Below are positions 12,337 through 26,460 of a stretch of DNA of 64,000 nucleotides, in pieces. Source of the stretch: Paramecium tetraurelia (taxonomy: Eukaryota); NCBI GenBank assembly GCA_000165425.1, contig CT868001.1:1-64000 (forward strand). The letters are read 5' to 3'. The first letter of the stretch is position 1; each line of letters opens with the position of its first letter. The position numbers and the translations under genes were made by a program. The notes beneath the pieces are model-generated. The model did no database searches and had not been told where the DNA came from. It worked only from the letters and a program-made list of their open reading frames with translations.

Positions 12337-15300
12337 TCATTATTCTTATTCTTATTCAATGATAGGACTAACTGTTAATTGAAATTGAGATGTCGTATCT
12401 ACACCAATATAGGAGTCACAAATAGCGTAGATAGTCAAATCATAATCACCAGCTTCTGGAGCTTAAAATCTCAGATCTACTCTAATATTTGTTGAAAAAG
12501 AGACCTTTTTGTTACCAAATAATCTATTTGATTTTCTATCAGCGCATAATACCCACCATTATTCTTCTTTTGGTTTAGGATAATTAGGAGCAATGACATA
12601 ATCAGTGTATATGTTATCTTGTCTTGTCAAAATAACTTATACATGAAAAACTTCTCCTTATATAACTTAAGGATCTGATATGATATCAGTAATTTCAACA
12701 GAGGGTAGTCTAAATTTAAAGAAAATAATACCTGTTTCCAGCTTGAGCAATTTCGTCAACTTAACTTGATGTAAAGTTTGATAAAATTAAGGTTCTATCA
12801 GATTCTTGCATATCAAAAAAGTCCGCCCAATCTTAAACATTTCTTTCTTTGAGTATTTAAATTGTATTTTAGTCAAAATAAGGCAACTATAGTAGGACAC
12901 TGTCTTAATCAATCCAAAGACTTTGGACAATCATTTAACAGATTTACATGGAGAGAATAGCAGGTTTAAGCCATAAATTAGATGAAGCTATATCCACCAT
13001 GGCAGTGCTCAACCTAATAGCCAATTCTAAAATATTAAGATCTGATTTGAGATCTGAATTTAATTTGATTCTTGATAAGTGGGCTTATAAAAGTATTAAT
13101 GCCTTTGTGTTTGGTTCATTCAATTTGGGATTGGATGGTTAATATGGAATCTTTGCGAGTAATTATGCGAGCAGATTTTCTTCTCCGTTTCTAATGTTAA
13201 GTACTTCGAATTCTTTTGCTTCAGATAAAATGATCAGGAGATCTCTTAATTTTGAGTTAGAGTTAATTTTATCAGAGAAATTCTTAACTGTTTCAATGTT
13301 GATATAATAGTAATTTGCTATGATTCCAGAGTTGATGGCTTCTAATTCATTATCCTCTTCTACTGCAATGCATTTACTTTCATGTAATTCATCGATTGTA
13401 GTTTCAATAAGTTCACTGAGATAATTATTAATGGCTACTCCATTAACTTCATGAAGATTGTAGTAATTCGGATTTTATGTTAATCTTCTATACATAAATG
13501 TCCAGGTTATCCAATCAATACAATCTTGAGTATTATGAATATTCTTTGCCACTATTTCTGCATTCAAGTGATTGGCTAAATGGTGGTTTAGATGGGATTC
13601 AATTGGCATTGGCTCATACAAAAATTTCTTATAGTACTCCTTTTTAGGAGTGTATGTTAGGATATGGCATTAAATTGTTGTACTTTCTACCATTTCTAAC
13701 ATTTCTGCAATAGTATAATCTACATATCTTTTTTCAATTCCATCGTATTTCTGATTATCTAAAATAAAGACTTATCCTTTTAAATTATAGTGTAAGGCTT
13801 GTTTGTATGGAAGAACCACAATCTTCAATTCGTTCGATTAAATGAACTTTAAAACTTCACTTTCATCTTAGGGATCCATACATTCATATAAGAATCCGAC
13901 AGACGCTTAAAGGGTGTGTTAAAGATATTAGTCTTCTTTAATTTAGAATCCAGATAATTATTAATTGTAGTTAATCATGAGTTCTAAGGCACAAACTCTT
14001 GCTTATTTTCTATCAGACACGTAGATTATATTTAGTTCTTATAGAGATAAGCTTGGTTTTAATGATTTGATCATAGCTTATATTCTTAATGGTCTCTAGC
14101 ATTAATCGAAAGAACTAATCTAAATTTAGATATTATTTGGTCTAATAATTGGTGAAAAGTTGAATGTATGTTTACTACCTAACCATTCGCTCATTTCTTT
14201 ATAATCTGCAACTGATAGAGATAAACCAACAATTCTAAAAGGAATTTCCATTGATATCATTCTCATTCTAGACACAACAACTTCCATAACACTTCCAGAT
14301 TGATTGAGAGTGTGTAAATCATCAGCTATCAATAATCTTATATGTTTAAATCCTTTTTTAGATCGCCATCTTCTACTCATTATATCCCAATTAACTGGAT
14401 TTGAAACGATAATATCAGATTATTCCAAGATTTTGTTGTCTGTTTATAATTACCCGGTTAGTCTACCTATTTTTAATGATAGTGTTTTGGTAAATAATTA
14501 AACAAATTAATTAAACTTAACTTCACAGTTCATTGTTGAAATGTAGATTGCTTTATAACCTTTAAAGTGATTGATCATTTGCAAAATAGCTAGAAATGGT
14601 AATATGCTTTTTGATTAATAAGTTGATGACCCAATAAAGATATTATCATTCGATTGATATAAATTTTGGAATACTTAAGTTTGAATCTAATCAAAATATC
14701 TATTATGCATTATTTTCTTAGCTAGAATATTTTCAATTTATGAATGTTTAATTTAATCAATAGATAGTAGAGTCAATTGAAGCAATTCAGTACATCTATG
14801 AAAAGGTTCTGGTAGGATGAGATTTTTAAAAGGGATAGGCTGCTCAGTTTCACATGATATCCACTTATCTGATATAACTTTGATGTAATAGATTGGATGC
14901 ATGACATCAAATAATGCAACTGTGAGTGTAAATTACATTTCTTGATTCTTCTATTTCATGAGGAATAATTCATGATATAGTATTTTTTCAGCATCTGAAT
15001 CTAAAACAAAAATGTGAAATGGTTCTTGTCTTCCATGAAGTTTCTCATCCCATTAAAAGTCACATGATAGCATTAGATCTATTCGAAGACAAGACCTAGT
15101 TATTGGCTAAGCAAAAGCCTAGATTTCAATTTTTGGAAATTTGTGAATGTACTTATGAATCAGTTTAGTCATGTTCTAATTTTGATATCTAATCAATTCT
15201 CCTAATTATTAAGACGACATTGCATAAAGATGTTCCCAAGTAATTCCTTCCTTCTTTTCGATTCTTCTTAATAAATCATCTGGCAACCCTTTAAATTATC

Positions 15301-18300
15301 TTAGGGGGGTCATGCAATTCCACATTCGCTTTTCAATCATTTTAGATAATTAGAGACATTGCAAAGAACTCTAAGCCCACTCTTTATGTAAGCATATTTC
15401 ATACAATGCTCTCATAATTCTACCTGCGCTTTATGTTATATAAACCATATCTGAATTCAAAGCATATCCTTCTAAATTCAATCTGCTAATATAGGCTTAA
15501 AGGAGCACATTAATTTTGGTTGAAGAATCTTCAGGGGATCCCTTGATTGGCACAGGTACACTCATCATCAATTTAGATAATTCTATTTTCTCTTCTTCTC
15601 TGATTGGAATTAATTTGAATTCATGAGACAAGGAGAAAACTTTGAATATATCAATCATCCCCATATTCTGTTTTAGATGTTGATTATATATTTACATACT
15701 GGGGAATTTGATGTAATAATTGCTGGCAATCTTACCCAAAATGGTACTCTCAAAATTACCAGCCTTTTTATCGTAAGTAATCAAGTTATTCTTATCTAAT
15801 AACAGGGAAGCAGAATGCAGAAGGTCAGCACGATATTTAATTAAATACTAATCATTATTAAAATCTGGTATGTTATATAATGTTGGATTTCTGAGCATTC
15901 TGACATATAAATAAGTGTAAGCCAACCAATTCACGCCATCCTTTAGATTCTTTATATTTCCTTAGGCAACTTCAGCATTGAGTTGATCGGCTAATTGGGT
16001 GATGAATTATGACTCAATTGGTAATTGCATATTCAAAAGGGATAAGTAATATTTTAATTCTTAGTATGTTGTTAAAATTATTCCCTCTCCAGATGTATCA
16101 TATCTAGGTCTACCTGCTCTACCCATCATTTACAAGATATCTTAGGGACTTAATTCAATCCACTTCCCTTACTCAGGGGAATAAATTTGGGTCCCTTTAA
16201 TAATAACAGTATGTGCAGGCAAATTTACTCCCCAAGCTAATGTTGAAGTTGATATTAATATTTGTATATTCTTTTTCTCAAAGAGACTCTCCACTAAATC
16301 TCTATCCCCTCTACACAACCCTGCATGATGTATTCCTATTCCACTTGCTAACAATTCTTTCAGGTCTGATGATTTGATGTCTTCTTGAGCAATAACAGTC
16401 TCTAGTATTTTTTTGGAGGAACTTTCTTCTTTTATAAACTTAGATAATTCATCCTTTGAAAATGCCATTTCTTTGAGAATCTTAGCAGTTTTAACAGTTT
16501 CTTTCCGAGAATGGACGAAGACCAAGATTTATGATTTAGTAATTCTTTCAATGACTTTCTCATATAGAACTTCATTCATTAAAAGCATTCTTCTGATTGG
16601 CTTCATTTCGTTAATTCCTATATATTGTTATTATAATGGAACAGGCCTGAAGGAATTATCAAAAAAGAATACTCCTGACTGTTTGACTCTAATAAAAGTG
16701 GCAACATCTGCGTAATTTGGAAGTGTAGCTGATAATCCAACTACTCTCACATACTCTTATCTTTCTTCCATTGATTTCAATGTCCTTGCTATGATTGATT
16801 CAATAACAGGACCTCGACTATCATGCAATAGATGTATTTCATCAATAATCACTAATCTTACTAATTGAATGAAGTCATTCTATTAAGTTTTACGCGTCAA
16901 AATATCCCATTTTTCAGGTGTTGCTATCAAAACTTGAATAGTATTTAATTAATGTTTAGTTAAATGAGTGTCACCTGTTACTTCGGCAACTTTAATGTTA
17001 TATGGTTCTAATCTATTTTAGAAATTATGTACCATTTCATTAACTAAAGCTTTCATTGGGGCTATATAGATAATTTTAAATTTTTAAATATCCACAATGC
17101 CGTTCTCATAATATTGACCTATAGTTTACAACATTGTTAACAGAGCTACATTTGTTTTACCTGCACCTGTTGGAGCACATATTAGCATATTCTCATCACT
17201 TAAAAGAGCTGTTTCATAAACAATACTCTGAATTGTATTTAATTCTTTGAATCCTCTGAATGCTGATTATGCAAAATCAGGCATCTCATTTATCTATATC
17301 AGAGTGGATTTTCTCATATTACATTTTGGAGCAGGTATATAGATTTCCTCATAGCCTTTCTTACTTACTTTCAAAGAACGAGGAGGTAGATGACATTTCT
17401 CATTTGACATTAAGTGGCCTTGAGATATAAATTGCAATTTTTCTAAATCTATCACTTTCTTTGACATTCCTTATAAATCTTAATCTACTACGCTTATATT
17501 CTCAAACTAGTCGATATCCTCCTACGTTATTTGTAACTGAGTTGTGTTTTTACTGTATTTATTCTACTTTTGCAATTCTATCAACAATCGCATTCCTTCT
17601 TAGGTCTATTCCATTTACTAATGAATTTATTGTATTTATTCAACACTCTAAGCTCTGCTCAATAAAGTGCAAAAATAGATTTTACATCTATTTTAATGTA
17701 ATAATCTAATCAAATCAAATTTATCTTAACCAAAAAGTTAGACAAGTTGATTTTCACATTCAATATCAGATAGCAATTTCAAAATGTCCAATACTGTCTA
17801 CTCCATCTGCTAAGCTTATATTGGATCTTTGTAAATTTTCTATAATTCTCTCTATAGCCAAAATCCATCAATATCCAATAATTTATTTCTGTTCTATTCC
17901 TCTTAAAACTTAGTTTTTATTGCTTGTTCATTTTATTCTTCCCAATCATCCTCTTCCTCTAAAATCTGATCCACTTCACTAGATTCTTACTCCTCTTCTA
18001 AATTCAACGGCAAATCCATTTCCTCATTTCCTTTTGAGCCAACCTCTGGCTAATAATCAGTTATTGCCTTAGTTGACAACACAATATCCGAAAATAGTTC
18101 GTTTGATAATTTTCCTATGATAGCTTCTACTTCTTGTCTTTTCTCCGAATCTTTCAAATTCTCACTCTTCATTATTGCCAACACCTCGTCTACAATCGAC
18201 TTTATAACATCTTATGATTGTTCTTAAAATAACCCATATACTATCGCTAATAATTTTTCATAATGTAATCGATTATCTTTTGTTTTTGGGATGTACAAAA

Positions 18301-18578
18301 GATTTTCATATGTTGGCATCCCTATTCCTTCCTCAACTTCAATATCGACCTATCTATCCAATTTCAACCCTTATTATTTATTTCCCTTAATTGGTTTTTC
18401 TCTGATTGCCTTAGTACCCATCAATCTGGGATTGATTTTACCCACTAATGATTCAGGCTCTCCAGAAGGTTCATCTGTTCTAACACCATGTTCTCTTTAA
18501 ACCACTAAATTTGAACTCTAAAATTAAAACACACTGTACATAAGTAAATTTGCTCTCCTATAAGTGTTATTCAGACAT
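12337..18578 (-). CDS. BRR2: U5 snRNP 200 kDa Ski2-like helicase (Brr2/SNRNP200)
   Basis: N-terminus ...YSSNLVVQRE...[68 protein letters not shown]; second helicase cassette and Sec63 domains ending ...CDSYIGVD. Confidence 0.96.
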
Positions 18579-19350
18579 ATGTTAAATTTTATTAATATTA
18601 TATCACATTACTGTATTTAACAGAATAAAGAATAGTATTATAATTTCGATATTGCTATACAACCTCCATTATTAGATAGATTAATTAATTGTAATGGTTA
18701 ATAATATATATTATCTTGACCTGTCGGAGAGATTACTTTTAGATTTGTAAATGTAAATTCGATTTAATATTACAAAATTTTAAGTACAATATTTTATATC
18801 TGAATAGACATAGTATAGTTGTTATTAACTAAGGCTGGTTTAAATACAAGGATATTCTCAAAATCATAAAATTCTATTTAAGGTTTAAAGGTTAAGTTGA
18901 AATAAAACAATTTTATCAGATCCTATTGAAATAATTGATTTGATGTCTAAATATTTTCTATTTGTAAAGTAACATTATAATTCTTACGATTAAATTACTA
19001 TTAAAAACCTCTATAGTTGCTAAATATTTTGTACTCAATAAGGCAGTTAGTTTTTAAATCCTCTTATTTCTAATTTTTGATTGATTAATTATATTCTTTT
19101 TATTCATGAGATTAATTCATCAAGAAAATTAAGTTTATATTCTAAGTAATGAGATTACTTTTATACGATATTGACTTTATTTAAAATTCTATCTCAGCTG
19201 AATAGTCTGTGACATTTTTAAGTTCATCATTGCTAAGTCTAATTGATGAATTATTTCTAATTTCATAAATATAATATTTTCACTAATAAAAACGAAGGTG
19301 TAAAATTGTAATGAATAAATAAAATTATTAAAGATTATTTTTAATTTTAT

Positions 19351-19761
19351 TCAAAAATTCAACTATACAAATAAAGTGAGTAAGCAATTGACTTTGTCAC
19401 ATTGCAAATCTAGTTATTACTTTAATTTGAACTGACTTTTCAGATTATTTAAGTTTATATCCACAGCATTTAGCATTTACAGAAATCCACAATTTTTTCT
19501 AAATTTTACTGCATCCATTTTATCTCTTATCAATTTTTCTCTGAATAATTTACAGTGAGCTAATAATACAGTTTTAGCAGATGAATATTTGATTCCCGCT
19601 TTTTGAGCAGGCTAAAGCAAAATTTGTTTAATAATGTTACTTCATGGATTTTGTAGCTTTGAAATAGAAGGAGGTTAAGAACAGGTTTTTAGCATTGGGG
19701 GTGATATATGTGTGTGATTTCGTGGCTTATATTCTTGCTTGCGCTTTTTGAGAAGTGCCAT
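19351..19761 (-). pseudogene. frameshifted HTH (homeodomain-like) transcription-factor gene; same family as 33816-34443
   Basis: Frame from ATG 19761 hits TGA at 19642; the shifted frame gives LNLLLFQSYKIHE|intron|PAQKAGIKYSSAKTVL, matching the HTH signature of the intact family member. Confidence 0.55.
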
Positions 19762-19889
19762 TTCTTGATGAGTGTAAATTAAGTATAATTATTAGAGGGC
19801 ATGACGTAATGTATAAATGAATTGTAAAAGTATTTAAATATTCAATAATAACCAAAAATCATTAAATTACATAAAAATTATATAGGCTC

Positions 19890-22318
19890 TCAAACACTGT
19901 CGTCTTTACGATCTTCTGGTTGTTATTGCTTATTTTTATCATTGGCTTTGGTTTACTTTTTGGTTCTCTTGGATTATTTAGGTGGATCCTATGTTTCAAC
20001 ATTGGCAGGGGTAGGTGCTTAAGTAGATTGGGCTACTGAATCATCCTTTTTTCTGTTGGTCTTCTTTGCAGATGTTGGTTATTAAACAACTGGTGGAGGA
20101 GGTTATTAAGGAGTTTGAGCAGGGGTGTCTAGTTTAGTTTTACGTGGTCTTGATGAAGCGGATGGTGTATATGGTTAAGCAGCTGGTGGAGGTTGGGCAG
20201 CTTAAGGAGCCTGTTACAATGGTTGTTATGATGTTTGTTACAATGGTTGTTACTATGGTTGCTACAATGGTTGTTAGATTTAAGTAGTCATCACTTATTA
20301 TTGTGCCAAAATAGTTTATGCACTGTTAAAATTCTCAATGGTTGGTGGTTTTTGTTAGAATTGACTAATAGTTGCTTTATTGTAATTATTCTATTAAACA
20401 GGGAATATTCTTGAGCTTGCCATTTATTACTTGAAGTTTTTCCGCTAAAGATATATGAATAAAATACAATTTCTTTTTTAATTTATTCTATAGGATAACA
20501 ATCTTATCTTGCAATATCGTAAATGTTCTTATATCTTTTTTCAATATGTCCTTTGGAATTGTTTACTGATTTGACCAAATCTTTCAAATTAGAAAATGAG
20601 AGTCTTTCAACCATTGAATAGTCAGCTTATCCTGAAGTCTTAACTTAGATTGGATCATCAAACTTGATTTTTTGTTGTAATTCCTTGAAAACAGATTTTG
20701 TATATTATTTGATTGGATGCTAAGGAAGAGGTTTTAAGTGTTGTATTTTGGTGGGTAGTTTCTTCTAAATAAGCGATTCGTAATCATTGAGTATATTAGT
20801 ATATTAAGTTTATGGTTATTAGGGCTTCTTTATGTATTTAATTGATTCGCATTTCTTCTAATATTGTTGAGGCAAAATAAATTTAGAGTTTGATGGAATA
20901 CTCTTAGTAAAGATCAACCATGCATAGAGATCAGCACAGAAATTGGGAGTGTACAAATATAGATTGGCTGTGACAGTGTTTGATGAAAGTGCTTAACTAA
21001 TTTAGTTAAAATCCCCTTAGAATTTCTAATAATAACTAAAAATTTGAATATAAAGAGTCCTTACTATATGAAATATTGTTTAACTAACTCATTTGATTTT
21101 GTTATCTACTGAGCATGTGAATTAAATCTTTCTGCATCTAAAGGTACAAATTTTCCACTCTGTTAAATAAAATGACAATCTCTTTCGATATAATTGAACC
21201 TGTATCGAAACAGATCTTTAAGTTCTAATTAAGGAGGTAATTGTTATTCGACAGCCTAATTATTTTAGAAGATCTTCATCCTAGAATTCAGTCAATTTAA
21301 TACTTCTTCATCAACTTTTCTCCATCATTTAACACTTATTCTGGAGTACATCCAATCCTGAATAACAATTCCTCATATTCTGGATCCAAACAAGGTTCTT
21401 GATAATATGGTTTTGCTTTGTATTTATAGATCATTTCCAAAGTGTTAGGAAAACTCTCTATACTCATCACACTCTTCTCAAAAGATTCCTTTAATGGAAT
21501 GTCCTTATTCACAAATAATTACAAGGCCTCTTATAGATTTTCATATTTCTTTTTGAAATCGAATTCAACTGTCTGCTTAATCTTTCTCCTATCACTAGAA
21601 TGAATATCATGAGTATTTGATTCTGAATAAGTTTATTACATATCTGGAAACAAGGATTCTAACGACACATAGACATCTCTATTGGTTGACAAGTATCTCT
21701 TCACTTTTTAAAGTGCATCTTAATATCTCTGCTCATCTAATTCTTGATTTTCGTTCTTCATCGTTCTCAAGTACTTCTATATTGGCTTTTGATTTTGTTC
21801 TTCAATATCTAATCCTATACTTTAATTCTTACCCATTTAATTGAATGCTTTCTATACCATCTGACACAAGGAATACGAAATACAAATTCCAAATTACTCT
21901 ATTTCTTCCCTTTCTTTCTGTAACATTTAGTGAGTAGCCTTTGCTTCCTACGCCAATTAATAATTCACAGCTATCTACACAATTTCAAATCATTCTCTTA
22001 CTTTCCATTTCTTTCGCTCTTGAAAATCAAGCGCCTTTAATTGTACATCATTCATTACTTATTACCAAATCTTTGGCACTCTCAAAATCTAACAAATAGT
22101 TTTCATCTATACCTCTTAATTTGTGTGATCGTGCATATTCACTTTTGGAATATATGGTTTCTTCAATGCAAATAATTTTTCCGATAGAACATATTTTCTA
22201 ATATATAAATCTGGCAATGATATGTAAAGGTCCTTTTATAGTAATACCACCTTACTTCCTATTATTTCACTGTATTCCTTTGTTAAACTGGAATAGCTTC
22301 AAATTACCTTGTGTCCAT
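19890..22318 (-). CDS. EAF1/Vid21-like NuA4 scaffold candidate (HSA + SANT/Myb-like domain, Q/P-rich tail)
   Basis: WQQVMNDVQLKALDFQERKKWK|IAVNYQLAQEAK resembles an HSA domain; GDFNQISQALSS...YTPNFCADLY resembles SANT; Q/P-rich tail; TGA at 19890. Confidence 0.6.
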
Positions 22319-22530
22319 TTAGAAATATAATAATTTTTATATTTTATAATTAATTCATTTCAACTTTAATTGACCCTTTGAATTCTCCAAAATTCTATAA
22401 TAGATTTATTTATATTGTATTATTTTTAGGTATTTTTCCTGATGATAAATCTATTTGTATGTATGATATATAAAAAATTAATGATTTAGGTTTTTTAACA
22501 ATAAAAATTAATTTTAGCTTTTTATTCTAA

Positions 22531-25457
22531 TCAAATCTAGTTATCTACACTTTTGCAATCAGTACAAGTAAGCTTTATCTAGAATTCATGTATCTTGTTA
22601 TTACTCTTTGGAATCAGCGTCTTCATTTTAATATTAATAACTTCATCGTCATTCAAATTGGATTCCTTTATTAAATTTGACTTAGTTAACTATAGAGTTT
22701 GAATAGGGTGTAAAAGAAGAAAAGTTAACTAATTAGACGATATTATTAAATAGTCATAAGCCCTTATAGTGATGGCAGTATAAATTTGGATGCTGGGCAT
22801 GTTTTGTCTGATCACATGATACAAAATATCCATTTGATTTGCATAGATTCTATATATATAGATACAAGAAGGCGTATCAATTTCACTACCATACACGTAT
22901 AAGAAATTTTATGTTGTTTTAATTTTTTGGATCTTCTTTAGTTAGAAGGTTGGATATATTTTAGTTCTTAAATTTTTAATATCAAGTTGGTCCGTATTTT
23001 TATACAAGAATTTTTTTAAGAATATTGTTTTCTCAATAAATAATAATTTTTTGGTTTATTCATCCTCTGATATATCACAGACTGATAAAATAAAAATTCC
23101 CTTGTTACTTAATTAAACTTACAATCTCTCTTTTGTTGGTTTTTTAGTCACACCCACAAGAAGAGAACCAAAGAAGTTCATTTCTCCTTCAATATTTTTG
23201 ACATTATAAATTTCAATTATGATCTGGTACACAAAATTTTTCCATTTAATACTTGGAACAAAAAGTAAATTTTCATAAATTTCTATACCAGTTACTAATT
23301 CAAATAATTTCTAACAGTGTAATTCAATACTGGTAACTTTTGAGTCGCCAGAGCTACCGATAGTTCTCGTATTTAGCGTATAAACATTATCTCTTAGAAT
23401 TGTGAATGCTTACAAGTTTGCCATTAATACAATAGAAAGAATACTTCCTTTAGTGTACGTATAGAAATCTTCTAAAGAAACATCGATTTATCCATTCACT
23501 TTATGTATATAAAATAGAGAAATTTATTCTCCAACAAAACCATGCTTCATTTTTTCAATGTATAAAAATGCACCACTCAATTCATTTTCTTAACAGGATA
23601 AATCTTACAGATTATCATTTTCAAAATTTAGAATTTTAATATTACGACATTTATAAATTGATTGAAATTCACATTCCTTTATAAATAGATATTGTTTAAT
23701 TTTTGCGATTAAATAGTATTATGTAGGATTAAATAAGAAATAACAGAGAATTGCAAATTCAGGAATATCCGTCTAAAAAAACAAAATATCTAAATCGAAT
23801 TAAAAAGTCATATCCTAATATGATGGTATAAATTTTGCTTCTTTATTAATAAGATTAATTTCCTCTATACTTAAGGCTGAACCAGAAAACACTTTACTTA
23901 AATCAACTTATATTTTTAACTCATTTTTATTATACTTCAGAATAAAAACATTCTTCTCTTTTTCGTTATAAAATTTTGGCCATATTTTCGTTGATTCCAA
24001 TAGTTATACTTAATAGTATATTTTGATATCTTAACATTTAAATTTATCAAACTGATGATCCGATGTTTGTGCTGAGATTTAGATCAATTAAGGATTTTGT
24101 ATTTCAGTTAGATTTACAAGTTCTATTTTTGGTAATTGTAAATCTAAAATATATATAACATTTTACTCCTCATATAGGAGAGTGTTTGAAAATGTACTAA
24201 GGGTGTGGAATCTTGAATTTACAAAACCTTAGTAAACCAATACAATTCCATAATCTTTCTCCTATTTAATATAAAAGGCTTAAAATTCTTTATCATTTGA
24301 GAAAATCAAATAATTTTATGTTGATACAACGTTTCTATTAAATACTTTTTCTGATTTCAAGTTATATCTCTTCTCCTGAAATATTTAAAAATTTGCTTTT
24401 AATTCAAGGTTGTAGAGTTTATTTAATCGGAAATTAGCAAATATTAAAAAATTTTCACCCCAAAACATTAATAAAATTTGGTATTATTCAATTTAGTGAA
24501 CAGTGGAGATTTTTACAGTATGAATTCCGAAAAGTTCTGCTACGGCATTAGTAACGTTAATTTCCTCGCTCCATGCGATTTTCAAATTTCGATAAGTTAA
24601 GCCTCCTTTGAATCTTGTAATGAATACTAATACTATTAATATCAATCTTACCAAGGTCTTTAAAAAGATCAAAATCTGTTATGAAATCATCGGATTGGCT
24701 ATGAGCTTCATATTATTTAAGAAGATAATAATATTACATTGGTTATATATATTTAAATATATATAGTGAAGAACTTTCTGAAATGTACTTATTATTTTCC
24801 ATCCTCCCTTTATAAATCAAAACTCCCAGATAATCATAAAGTTCTTATTTTTTAGCCTTGACTTTTGATCCTTGAGGTATTATAACATCTGATATGAGAA
24901 TATTGAAAATTTTTTTAGTATCTCCTAAATACATATAGATCTCAAGTTGATTTGTAATATCATTCTTACACATTATGAAATACTACATCTTATTGGAAAT
25001 TATTTAATAGCAATGTTCTCGTTTTATAAAGAATTACACTTCAGTATATATTATTTTTTCAGAAACAAATTAACATTTAACTAGACTATAAACTATTTAT
25101 TCATCCTTAGTAGATTTTAAAAAGCAATAAAAAGGGCCCTCATTCTATTCGATAAGGTTTTCCAGAATTTCAATAACCTCATCTTCAACAACACCCTATC
25201 TAGTTTTTCTTATCAGATGTGTAAAAGGAATATCAGACTATTGATTAGAATAAGTTGTCATTTTATAGGTCAGGTCATCTGCATATATATAGTCAAATAA
25301 ATGTAAATCATAATTTTCGCCACTTGCAATTGTTAATAAAGTATTTTCCATCTATTTCGACTAAGCCTTTATTAAAATCTTTTACCTGACAATATTCTTT
25401 CTCCTAGCCGAAAACTAGAATAGCAATGAAGTATAAAAAAATCTATTTAATCCTCAT
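22531..25457 (-). CDS. signal-peptide protein (~950 aa), ciliate surface/secreted family
   Basis: MRIKQIFLYFIAILVFGQEKEYCQ|intron|SKQMENTLLTIASGENYDLHLFDYIYADDLTYK; ends ...CTDCKSVDNQI-TGA; no C-terminal TM seen. Confidence 0.7.
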
Positions 25458-25560
25458 AATAATATTTTATATTTAATAATAATGCCCTTTCAATTATTGT
25501 ATATAGTACTTGTATAAATATCCTAATAATATTTTGTATTATTTATTATCTTATTGTGTA

Positions 25561-26383
25561 ATGAATCATAACACTATGAAACACCATAGGCCATAAAGAG
25601 CCTTAACTACATTGGAGAAGAAATATGATAGAAGTGCTTTCATTAATAGAAATCCTAAAACTATGTTGAGAGACCTTTTGTTTGAATAAAATGTATAGTA
25701 AAATTAATAATTAAAGATGTTATAGACTGAAATAAGCAAAGAATAAAAAATGTATCAGATTCCATTAAATTCCAATGTCGTATAGATATTCTATAGACAT
25801 ACCTGACTTAGATGAATATTTTGGAATGAAAGATTAGATATAAATCGAAAATTGTATTTAAGATTGCAAGAAGAAAGTAAATGTCTGTAAAAACAGATTG
25901 GAACAGTTGAAATTTAAGATTAACGATTAATATATTTAAGAGATGGAAGATTAAGACATAAGCGAATTTTAATAAATTTAACAACCGAAGAATTGTAAGA
26001 CAAAACAAGAAGGAAAGGATTATTATTATTATTAGAATAGAATTCACACTACAATAAGTGATAATTATTCACAAAAGACAAATTAAGTCGATAAATTCAA
26101 CTAAACCTTATATTTTTTAATGAGCAATAGAGATAGATCGTTAGAAGAAAAGTCAGAAAAATTAAATAATACTATTTAAGGACAAAGATTCTTGGATGAT
26201 ACCTAGAATGACCTCAAGAAATCGCTTAATTATAGTGTTAGATAAAGCTTATAACAGAAAAATAAGTTCCTTTCTATGTTGTAATAATTATCGAAGGAAA
26301 AGGAGAGCATTGATAATGCCAAGAGGAAAAGATTGCAAAGACTAAGGAAACAAATATTGGAAGGATAGTTTGCAGAAATATGA
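25561..26383 (+). CDS. hypothetical protein
   Basis: ATG 25561, two short introns, open in table 6 to TGA 26381-26383. Confidence 0.6.
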
Positions 26384-26460
26384 TTATAACATCTATCGCT
26401 ATTATCTTAGATTGAATGATTAACTATATTTAGATTATGATTTAAATCTATCTTTAATAC

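Noticed and set aside
18600..19300. Possible gene upstream of Brr2
   Set aside because: Only short frames without motifs
20080..20300. Tandem caatggttg-type repeats that could suggest a CRISPR-like array
   Set aside because: They encode the QQPLQ repeats in the EAF1-like tail; no unique spacers or cas genes
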